64,000 nucleotides of DNA from Kondoa subrosea (Eukaryota). Below the pieces are notes generated by a model. It ran no database searches. It was not told the origin of the DNA and worked only from the letters and a program-made list of their open reading frames with translations. Position numbers and translations under genes: made by a program. Each line of letters begins with the position of its first letter. Within the stretch, counting starts at the first letter, position 1. This document shows, piece after piece, positions 53,942 to 64,000 of this stretch. The stretch is taken from NCBI GenBank assembly GCA_039545335.1, contig BCIN01000004.1, positions 1 through 64,000 on the forward strand, read 5' to 3'.

Positions 53942-55844
53942 ATGCCTAATCCTCACGACTCGTACCAGACACCGTCAGTGCCACCCGCTGCTGCTTGTCA
54001 CAGCACCGAATGAATGCTTCATATGCAACAGACTGTCGAGCCGCTACGCTTCAGCCGAGATGTCAAAGCTTTTTTCTGCTAGTGTAGGTGCCGTGCCGTT
54101 GCTTTCAAAGCCATGTAGCCCTCAAAGGGAATCAACATCTTATTTCTCTTCTTCTAGACTCGATGTGGTACTTGGAGACAGCTCTGGTTGAATTTGGCTA
54201 TTGCTCAGAAAGAGCTTGGGCTGCCTATCCCAGAGCAAGCTATCGCTCAAATGAGATCAAATCTGGTGCGGTGGTCCTAGACTTCGCCCTTTCGTGTCGG
54301 TGATCTCATCCTGTGACAGATACTCGACACCAAGCAGATGGAGCAGGCCGCGGTAGAGGAAAAGAAGAGGCGTCACGATGTTATGGCCCACGTTCATGTT
54401 TTTGGTACTGTCTGCCCTGCCGCCGCGCCGATAATTCACCTTGGTGCGACTTCGTGCTACGTAACCGAGTGCGCGAATATCATTCTTGAGACATCTGCCT
54501 AACTAAATCAAATAGCTATGTTTCTCAGCAATGCAGATCTTATCTTTCTCCAGCGGGGAATGCATCTGCTCACTAACAAACTTGCTGTGGTCATTCATCG
54601 ATTGACCACCTGGTCAGAACGCTACAAAGACGTGGCCTGCTTAGGTTGGACGCATTTTCAGCCTGCACAGCTTGTCACTGTAGGAAAGAGAGGATGTCTT
54701 TGGCTCCAAGTATCTGCACATCGCTCAGTTCATAAGTTCTGGCTCACGTCGTTTAATCCGTTCAGGAATTGCTTTGGGATCTGCGAAATTTTCAAAGAGT
54801 TCGGGATGACATTGGGTTTCGTGGGGTGAAAGGGACTACTGGTACCCAAGCATCTTTTCTTGCTCTTTTTGAAGGTGATCATTCGAAGGTAGATTTCTCG
54901 TTATTGTGATACTGGTCAACACATCTGACATTTCGTAGGTGGAATTGCTAGACAAGCGTGTCTCTGAACTATGTGGATTCAAATATACCTATCCCGTTAC
55001 TGGCCAGACGTACTCCCGCAAAGTAGATATTGACGTGCTACAACCTTTGGCTTCATTTGCAGCAACAGCTCACAAGATGGCAACGGATATAAGACTTCTT
55101 GCCAACATGAAAGAAGTGGAAGAGCCATTTGAAAAGGATCAGATTGGCTCGAGCGCTGTACGTGATCTTAAGAGCTACTTCGGTCCCTGACCATTCGGCG
55201 GCAGATGGCTTACAAGCGCAATCCTATGCGTTCAGAGCGCGTCTGCAGTCTGGCCCGCCATTTGATGGTGCTACAACAGGATGCTCTGATGACTTCAAGC
55301 GTCCAGTGGCTGGAGAGAACACTGGACGATTCGTAAGCATCACCGTATGCAACAATGTACCTAATTGATTTTTTCTTTCTAAAGGGCGAACCGCAGGATC
55401 TCCATCCCTGAAGCCTTTCTGGCAGCGGACATCATTCTATCCCTCTTACAGAATATCTGCGAAGGACTTGTCGTGTACCCTGCCATCATTCAAAGGCATA
55501 TAGATCAGGAACTACCTTTTATGGCCACCGAAAATATCATTATGGCTATGGTTAAAGCTGGTGGAGACCGACAGGTTGTGCACGAGAAAATCCGCGTCCT
55601 CTCGCATGAAGCGGGAAGAATCGTCAAGGAGGAAGGGGGAGAGAACGATCTGTTGGAGCGAGTGAGGTCGGATCCTTTCTTTGCTCCCATCGTACCAGTT
55701 CTGCCGGAATTGCTGAACCCATCAAGCTTCGTCGGCCGAGCACCTGAACAGGTTTCAGTCTTTGTCGAAGAATGGGTGAAACCGGCTTTACAGCCGTACG
55801 CAGATCTCATCCATTCAGCTACCATGGCGGATTTACATGTATGA
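53942..55844 (+). CDS. ADE13: Adenylosuccinate lyase
   Basis: [52 protein letters not shown] and [10 protein letters not shown]. Confidence 0.96.
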
Positions 55845-55945
55845 AGGAGAATGAACTTTCCTTCCTTTCCTTGTAGAATACCAGAGCAACCCGAACAATG
55901 CATGAAAGCAGGACTTAGTACTTCAATTGTTACAATCCCTTACTA

Positions 55946-56815
55946 TCATAGATTTGTTCCCCGTTCGAAACTATCCCGAGTTTCTTGCGTATATTTATCG
56001 AAATATCTACCATCAGCAATTAGAATGATGTTCTTACGTCTTGTAGTCAACGACTAGCTACCTCTCCAACTTCTTGTTGAAATGCTGGTACAAAATGTCA
56101 GTGAGCTCGGCAGCTCAATTCAGAAAAAGATACACGCACCTTGTTCTTGTCGTTGATATACGTGACGTCGTGATCACTTTCCTTCCTTTTGCGCGAGAAT
56201 TTGTTCCGCTTGTCCATGCTGTAGGATGCATGATGTCAGAGTTCAGCTATCTAGAGGGGGAAATACATCATACTCGATATTGAGTTTCCGCACCACCTTG
56301 TCAATAGCCTCGTCCGTTGGTTTGTGATCTGCATAGACAAAGCTGTTGGCATCCCGATAGAGTAAGCTTGTAGCATCATGCTGTGCACTGCGTGCCAAAG
56401 CTTCGTCGGTCGGTCCTGTAAAATGCATTGCCCGCTGAGCGTTGTATGATTTCCAGTCCACATTTAGTTCGTCGATATCTCTTTCGTACTTGCGCCGCGC
56501 GACATCGTCGAAGTCCGTAAATTCATATTGACTGCGTTCATCCTTCTTGGCCAGTTTTTCTTCCCATCTTGTATTGTCTTCGATGGTATAAGCCCAAGCG
56601 CGTCTTCTTTCCGAATCGAGACCAAGCGCTTCCCCTTCAACCTGCTCACCCAGAGCCTCTGCAATCTTGCGTTTTCGCTCTAATCTCATTGTTTCCTGAG
56701 CGGACACCTGTCGGGTTGTTGACTCTTTGATCGCATCCGTACGATTCGCCTGAGCCGAGTCTCGCATTCGATTCCTCAGTACCTGCAGTCTGTTATCTCT
56801 TTGATCGCTGTTCAT
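55946..56815 (-). CDS. SYF2: Pre-mRNA splicing factor Syf2
   Basis: ERRRAWAYTIED..WE, YADHKPTDEAID and VTYINDKNK..FNKKL.R..DSFERGTNL*. Confidence 0.9.
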
Positions 56816-57004
56816 GTTTCAGGAAAAGAGTCGAGTCTGGTAGTTGTAACTGAAGAGTTATCGCGAGAACTGTGGCTGACTTGGGCTGATGGCCAATAAT
56901 TCGAGACACAGCACAGCAAACACCAAATGGACGTCGGCACAGTAGAACATTTACTATCCGAAGTACAACAAGGAATCTAAGCAGTTCGTATTGCGCACGG
57001 ACAA

Positions 57005-58264
57005 TCAATCCTCCCTTATATCCTGAGCGATTTGTGCTTGTCCGTTACTTTCATCTGCTTCGTCCAATTTTTGTATTTCAGTGTAATATTCTTCGTAGCG
57101 ATCGCACAGAGGCCGGTACTCGACTGGAGTCTGTGGTGGATAGCGAAATAAAGGGCCTGGGTTCAGTTGAGCGACACCTCCGCCGTACACTGACACGAAA
57201 GGATAATAACCAAGTGTCCCATCGTCGTGATGGCTGACACCTGCACTTTGGCGGAACTTTGGCGGGCTCTTGCTGTTGAAAGTTACATTACCGGGCAATC
57301 TGCTGGCAAGAGGAAGCCAATCGTACAGCTCAGTAAAAGCCGGTTCTCCATCCATCCCAAGATTCTCGCCATTCTTGTAAAAGTACAGGGAGGAGTTACT
57401 TAGTGTCGGCAGTGAACGTGAGTCCGATCTGTGATGAGCGCCAGCAGATCTACAGCCCGGAACAGTGGCTTTCTGTCGTACTTGCTTTTGCTGCGCATCA
57501 ATGTTGCTTCTGGCTTGTATAAGATCTTCCATCTCTTGTGCCACCACATATTCTGTGCTTTCAAAATACAGCGAGCCTTTATATCTTATGGGAATGCGAT
57601 TGCGTTCTATCCGAGCTGGGTCATTTGAATCAAGATCGAGCTGATGAGGTCGTTGTGGTAAATTCAGCAGTACGCCAATCACGTCCCCGCTGCGTATCGG
57701 AGTACCGTACGCCATCGGTTGCGACAAGGTTACTTTCTCTCCAGTCTTGTCGCGAAGGCCATATGAGTAGCCATCAAAACCAACAGGTGCTCCCAGAGCG
57801 GCTTCCCTTCTTCCGATTCCCAGACGTACATGGGCCTGTCGCCCCGGTTGCGTTTCTTCTCCGCCGCCCCTTTCCACTATTACCTCAAAGTACCAGCAAC
57901 CTTCTCTAATAGGACAAACAGCTCGCGCTGCCCGATAACCTTTATCGGTGGTAATGCTCAGAGCATCGGCTGACATGTATACGTAAGGCGATCTGTCTTC
58001 CCAACTGAAGGTGACAATATTGGTAGAGTTGGGCCTGATTGTTCGATACATAGGGCACATGGCACTGAAATTTGGTGATGGCCCGCAAGGCATGTAGCGA
58101 AACCCAGTTTTGTTGGTAGGATGGTTTCGCGTGCTGTAGAAGTGCTGTTCTGGCTTTAGTCCAAGACATTGAGAAATGACGAGCAATGGCTTTTGGGCAA
58201 CAGGCGATGATGAAGAGTGCGTTACGGTCTGAGGAGAATTCTGTTTGAGTTGAATAGAAGCCAT
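57005..58264 (-). CDS. ASH2: COMPASS subunit Ash2/Bre2 (SPRY domain); start codon uncertain
   Basis: KGYRAARA..EGCWYFEV, HVRLGIGRREA.LGAPVGFDGYSYGLRD and LGYYPFVSVYGG..NPGP.F. Confidence 0.88.
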   Translation of the reverse strand: MASIQLKQNSPQTVTHSSSSPVAQKPLLVISQCLGLKPEQHFYSTRNHPTNKTGFRYMPCGPSPNFSAMCPMYRTIRPNSTNIVTFSWEDRSPYVYMSADALSITTDKGYRAARAVCPIREGCWYFEVIVERGGGEETQPGRQAHVRLGIGRREAALGAPVGFDGYSYGLRDKTGEKVTLSQPMAYGTPIRSGDVIGVLLNLPQRPHQLDLDSNDPARIERNRIPIRYKGSLYFESTEYVVAQEMEDLIQARSNIDAQQKQVRQKATVPGCRSAGAHHRSDSRSLPTLSNSSLYFYKNGENLGMDGEPAFTELYDWLPLASRLPGNVTFNSKSPPKFRQSAGVSHHDDGTLGYYPFVSVYGGGVAQLNPGPLFRYPPQTPVEYRPLCDRYEEYYTEIQKLDEADESNGQAQIAQDIRED

Positions 58265-58538
58265 TGTAATTCGTCGGAGCTGCATACATATGCTTTCAGC
58301 ATAGCGACAGCACCTGCACACAACAGACCAACCGCATGTAGAGCCCAGCGAGGTATTGCGAGGTATTGCGAACACAACGAAATTGAAAGCCAAGGTTACA
58401 GCTTCTCCTTGGCGGCCACCACCACAACACAACCATCTTTCGCAAATACTAAATATTCAGATTACTACGTGATCTGTCAGGGATGCCCCCAACAGTGCGG
58501 CGCCATTTGCAGCGTCTCTGTCCAGGCATATCCCTTCC

Positions 58539-61500
58539 ATGTTCATATGCACAAGCCTTCTGGTGGCCAATTGTTAGCTTTCATTTGGCAATGCGAATGC
58601 TGCATTCTGACTGTGCCAACAGCACCAAAATCCAATTACAATCACAAACTTCAGAAAGTTTTATTCGAACAAGGTCCCGTGCGTTCCTCAGGTCAACTAT
58701 CTGTCGACCACAGCAGCAGCAGAAGTCGCAAAACAAAGATTAGAAGTACTAGTTCCGCCGACCGTGTTCGCGCAATATGCGCATTACAAATGTACCGCGC
58801 CAGAGCACGAGGATCATGTCGTTCTGTTTGAAGTGGGCAAGTTCTACGAAGTATCACTATTGTTATGAAGCACGAGTCTGTCTAACTCTTGATTCACAGA
58901 CATATGGGCAGACGGCCAAGCATCTGGCCGAGAGACTCAATCTGTCTTTGATCGAAGCTAAGGGCGAAAAACAGCAGGTCAAATGCGGTTTTCCTACTGG
59001 TCAGCTTGTTCGCCAGATGAAGTTGCTTGTTGGTCAGAAGAAGGAGAAGGTCGCTTTGTACGAATCTTACCAAAGTAGTCCGATGGAATCTGCAAGCCTT
59101 GAACGTCGCCTACATCGCATTTTCACACCTGGTACCCTCTTCGAAACTCACTTCGCAGAACCCGATAATAACAACTACCTAATGGCAATTACTGAGATTA
59201 AAGAGGACTCCAACGATATGCTGTCGATCCTCTGCTATGATGTCTCAACAGCCGAATTGCACAAAATTGTTTGCACAATGTCTCAACTAGAAGAACAATT
59301 GGATCTATGGCAGCCAACAGAGATTGTAATGGAGCCATCAGTCTATCGAAGTCCTGATCACTCGCTTCATGCCATCATTAAGCGGCTTCAAACAGTTACA
59401 TCCAGCCCGAAGAAATATTCGCCAGGAAAGGAACAGTCTAGTCTACATTTAATGCAAGCGTACCTGAATGAAACTCTGCTTCTCCAAGCGCCGACGCTAC
59501 CTGATCAAATTGTCAATGAAAACTTGTCAAGTAAAGTCATGCGATTAGACCCTACAGCTTTGGCAACACTCGAAGTTCGCAAGCGGAGTTCTACCGGTCA
59601 AGCGACTGGCTCTTTAATCTCTACAATACGTCGCACGTGTACGCCTGGAGGAACACGTTTGCTGAAACAACGCATTTGTCGGTCTTTCTATCTATCGGAA
59701 AAGCTTTCGTCTGACCTTCAGCAGCTTTCCCTAGCATGGATACCGAGGAGATTCATCGTAGACTGGATCTCGTAGCAGCCTTCGTACACTTCGCCGATCT
59801 GCGGTCTGATGTACGCTCAGTCTTGCGTTCGATGCCCGATGCCTCTCGCCTGGTAGCCGGAATGCTGCGTCGTAAAACATTCCAGGAATTGTGGAAGCTG
59901 CAGCAGATGCTTGATCTCGCTTGCGAAGTTCGATACTCGATCGATTCATACTTGACCGGTCTACCTCGTCTGGCGACTACTTCAGCAGATAGAAGATCTG
60001 TTCTCGCTATGCTTTCTGGATTACCACATCTAGAAGGGGTCTCTGCGGCTATCTCCAGCTTGCGTTGTGAGCGAAGCATAGTCAGCAATACTACGCCAAC
60101 GATCGAACTTCAAACGGAGAGCGAAGATATGCCGCTCTCTGTGTCCGATCATGATGAGATGGAGCTGCTTGACGATCAATGGCTTGTCAGAACAGAGTCG
60201 GTGCAATTTGGCTCACTGTTGGCTCTTGTTGATTATGCGACATAGTTTCGATGAAGAACTGGCCACCTTGCATGCAAATCATCGAAAAAAGCAGACTGAT
60301 CTGGAGAATCTTCTCAATCAAATAGAAACACAACTAAGTTCGTCACTACATTCTTCACCTCCGCTTGTTAATATGAGGGTCTTGTCAGAATTGTCTAAAC
60401 CCCTAACCGTGGTTTACGACAGAAGAAAAAGGATTGCGCACGTAAAAGCATCAAGCAAGCAAGGAGCCCGCATTAGTGCCGATCCACGCTATGGTGCAAA
60501 TGTAGTCTCCCGAACCAAAACATATGTGTTGTTTTTCATCGCGGTACGAAGGATACGGATAGTCGACGCGTCTGATCGTTACCATAGGATATCAATAATG
60601 CCTATCACGACCAGTCCGCAACGAGAGAAGCCATCAAGATCAAAGAAAAAAAGCTGTTGGATGCCTGTTATCAAATCGTAAGGTCTATGTAGGCACTGAG
60701 GTTCATTATTCAGATCATAACCAGATCTCGACGCATACCGCCGATCTCGATAAGCTTAGCGACGGTCTGTCTGAATTAGACGTGTCCATGGCTCTTGCGG
60801 AACTTGCGTCGGAGCAGAATTATGTTCGGCCTACTTTCGTAGCAGGGTAGAATACGATTTCAATTTGCCTGCCGCAGCCGCTAATGATTCGCACAGCAAC
60901 TCACTGGAAATAATCGGCGGGCGTCATCCAGTCATCGAAATCGCACTCCTGCGGCATAATCGCCATTTCGTCAGCAATGATCTGATTTTGAGCCCAGAGG
61001 CTGGTCAATTCGTCCTACTTACTGGTCCCAACATGTACTTGATGAACCTCTTTTGCTATTGCGTGCATATTCTGAAGAATCGTCTAGGGGCGGCAAAAGT
61101 ACAATGTTGAGACAGACAGCAATCATTGTGCTTTTAGCTCATGCAGGTTCCTTTGTACCGGCAACAAGTGCTACAATGTCTCTCGTTGATGGAATATATA
61201 CACGCATCGGCGCGCAAGATGACCTGTTTCGAAACAAGTCAACCTTTATGCAAGAGATGTCTGAAGCAAGCTCGATCATCGATCGTGCCACATCGAATTC
61301 CTTAGTATGTACACTTCTTCATCATGTTCGTCTGCGAGCTGATCTTTTACTATAGGTCCTGTTGGATGAGCTCGGGCGCGGTACTTCGATTGTGGATGGT
61401 TTGGCACTTTCATATGCAATATCACAATATCTTATCAACAGAAATGGGTCAAAAGTTCTCTTCGCCACCCACCTTCATGAATTGGGCACATATCTTCGCC

Positions 61501-61758
61501 ATAGCAATCAAGCGATTCCCGTGAACTATATGTGCACAGACGTAGTCAGAGCGCCGGTCAGTGGAAAAGGCGGGCTTCATTAAGACGTCGCTGAAAACAT
61601 GACAGGACGGCCAACTATCCTTCAGCTATTCTTTGCGTACAGGTATCAACTGCGATTCTCGAGGACTCATGACGGCCAAAATGGCTGGCATGCCGCAGGA
61701 GGTATTGGACATAGCGCAGAGGACGTGCGATATGTTGCAGGCCAACAGGAAACCTTAA
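58539..61758 (+). CDS. MSH1: MutS homolog, most likely mitochondrial Msh1, spliced
   Basis: Mismatch-binding [52 protein letters not shown] and FATHLHEL, with a presequence-like N-terminus. Confidence 0.8.
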
Positions 61759-61951
61759 TGGTTCGCGGGTCACCCCAGGCTGGCCAGTGTAATCAACCAC
61801 GTCGTTGCAGTACAGTGCAGTACAATTCCCCACAGTCTAGCTTAGACAGTTCCTGCTAGCGAGCGCTCACAAATCTGCGCAACACACATATGAACTACTG
61901 AGTAAAAGAGATGCAGAGGAGGGCTCCTTTTCATTTTGAGAACCACCAGAG

Positions 61952-63509
61952 ATGGTTCGAGTACCCTTGCGCTTCACAACAGATTATCCCGTGTATTCCA
62001 CATCGTTCGTTGCGCCAACAGCGTCCAGCAGCCAGTTGCAGGTGGTTGTTGGCGGGGGCGGAGGCTCGTCGAAATCAGGCATACCGAACAAGTTATGTCT
62101 GTACTCAATATCTGAGGACAGCTTGGATCTTGTTAGCGAGCTTCTACTGTCAACTGGCGAAGATGCTCCTATGTCCGTTGCTACACATCCCAAGGTAAGT
62201 TGGTCTTTGACAGCTAAGGGAGTCCAGTTCTGATCTTTAAAGCCCTTCTTAGCTCCCAGAGCTTGTTGCAGGTATCAATGCTGATGCCAGCAGTATACAA
62301 AAACTCGGCCTGAACCTCAACTTGCGGTCCTTCTCATTTTCCAGCGGGCAAGTTTGGCGAAATCTCATTGTGTTGACATGACACATTTATTTAGTTTTCG
62401 AAACCTTACCGCTGTTCAAGCGAGTCAATCGTCCAACGCAGAACACTTCCAGGTTCGGGACGCTGGCTCTGTCTTTCGGACCCTGTGTTGAGAAGTATTG
62501 ATGTAGAGGGTTGTTGGATTTTCACCATCTGGGGACTGGGTAGCTGCCGGAAGCTCAGATGGTACAGTACATCGCGTTGCGGACAAGTGACAGGTCATCG
62601 CTCATGCTGTACGCGCAGGTCCAGCTACTGACGTATCCGGAACTGGCGGTCAAGGGGCAAAGACAATTACAACCGGATGATGAGCTTTTCGACATTGATT
62701 TCCACGATGAAGACCATATGGTAATTCTGATACGCTTTTACTGAATCCTCCAATGACGAGATATAGTTTTTGGTAACTTCGTCGCACAGCGTTGCTATTT
62801 GGCAGTTATCGGACTTTGCAAAGCCCTCCGGTAAACCATTGCAGATTATCAGCGCCCCGACCGCGCAGTCCTTCAACTCCTCTTCTTTTCGGAGTGCCAG
62901 GTCTGCCCCCTTTCTCTCAAGCTATGCGTAACCTCCTGATGATACGAGCGCCAGATTCGGACATGTGAAAATGTCCAACCATATCATTACCGTATGCAAT
63001 GTTGTCAGTACGGGATCACGTAACAAGAGGTCAAGACCGGCGTATATCAATTTATGGGATGCGATATCTGGGCGCCTGCTTAGATCAGAAGAAATCAGCC
63101 AGAAACCTATCACGGCTATGGATGTGTCTCCTGACGGACAGATGATTGGTTACGCGTCGGCGGATTTGAGTGTCGGGATTTTGGATGCCTTCACAATTCA
63201 GGTATCTCGTCGTCAGACAGGTTTTATATGGAGCCCTGACAGGTCGACCAGATGCTCTTAAAAATTCCAGCAGTTCATACCTTTCCAGTCACTACTCTCC
63301 GGTTCAGTCCCGAAAATTCGCTTCTGCTATCTGGCAGTGTCGATAACTCAATCAGCCTCATTAGGGTGAATAAGATACAACACGGCAGAGATGGTTCAGC
63401 AGGCACTTGGATATGGGCGCTGGCGGTGTGTGTACTGGCTATGCTGGCTATCTATATAGAGCTTGAATTGCCTCAAGTACGGGATTATCTGGGCGCTATA
63501 CATCTGTAG
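61952..63509 (+). CDS. SEC12: Sec12/PREB-like WD40 guanine nucleotide exchange factor with a C-terminal TM helix
   Basis: VVGGGGGSSKSGIPNKL, EDAPMSVA, HTFPVTTLRFSP..LSGSVD and a hydrophobic C-terminus. Confidence 0.88.
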
Positions 63510-63590
63510 TAGCAGTGATGGTAGCTGCTAATACGCCTTCCAATTCGCTTTCCAATGCGCTATATGCTCTGATTGCGCTATCGTCGAACA

Positions 63591-64000
63591 TTACACTGGC
63601 AATAACGTTGCGGCCCCTCGGAGTACGATTCGACTACCAAACTGCAGCGATGCTAGACCGCCGCTAAAGCTTGCCGTCAGTCAAAAGAATGTAGAGGGCT
63701 TGACGCGAAAACGAACGGAAAGTATGCCAGCAGGTAAGACATTAATGCGACGACCTGCATGATAGAGCTGCACATGGTGCCCAAATATGACCGCAGCTGA
63801 CTGTGGATTTCAGCACGACGATCCACAATCGCGTAAACTATCCTACAACTATGGCGCAATACAGCGTCAGGGAAAGACTAGCCAAATACGTCAGGGTGAA
63901 GAGAATACGATCTCTTGCGATCAAGTGCCGCAGGTGAGAAACAGGACCTTGCAAGACTGCAAAGCTTGGCACCTTCGCGTGAGATCTCCATAACTGTCAG
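63591..64000 (-). CDS. SFT2: Sft2 family vesicle transport protein, 3' part (runs off the window)
   Basis: [44 protein letters not shown] and spliced end [23 protein letters not shown]. Confidence 0.8.

Overview
Intron-rich, very gene-dense fungal DNA (introns mostly ~45-60 nt). The pheromone architecture and gene content point to a basidiomycete, probably Pucciniomycotina (inference). The window appears to hold a pheromone/receptor (P/R) mating-type locus. It has a small tandem-repeat CAAX lipopeptide pheromone precursor (29751-29990; four copies of NTPGPPGGIGTVC, rhodotorucine-A-like layout) and an STE3 pheromone receptor about 20.7 kb away (50710-52121). Between them lie KAP95, LSM7 and RPL20/RibL18ae, which are known P/R-linked genes in red yeasts, and both mating genes have candidate HMG-box pheromone-response elements upstream. 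Other recognisable genes are NCA2, STT4, SEC15, ORC2, an EF-hand protein, CDC42, MET2, mitochondrial uL3, SET2, a 5'-truncated JMJD5-like gene, mitochondrial IF3, RPN9, TRM8, an MDH ending in SKL, NDUFAF6, RRG7, ASF1, MIC26/27, ADE13, SYF2, ASH2/BRE2, MSH1, SEC12 and SFT2 (partial). Mobile DNA comprises a Ty1/copia 3' end with two LTR-like copies and a LINE fragment next to the pheromone gene. Exon boundaries were inferred by eye, and family calls rest on motif recognition rather than database searches.
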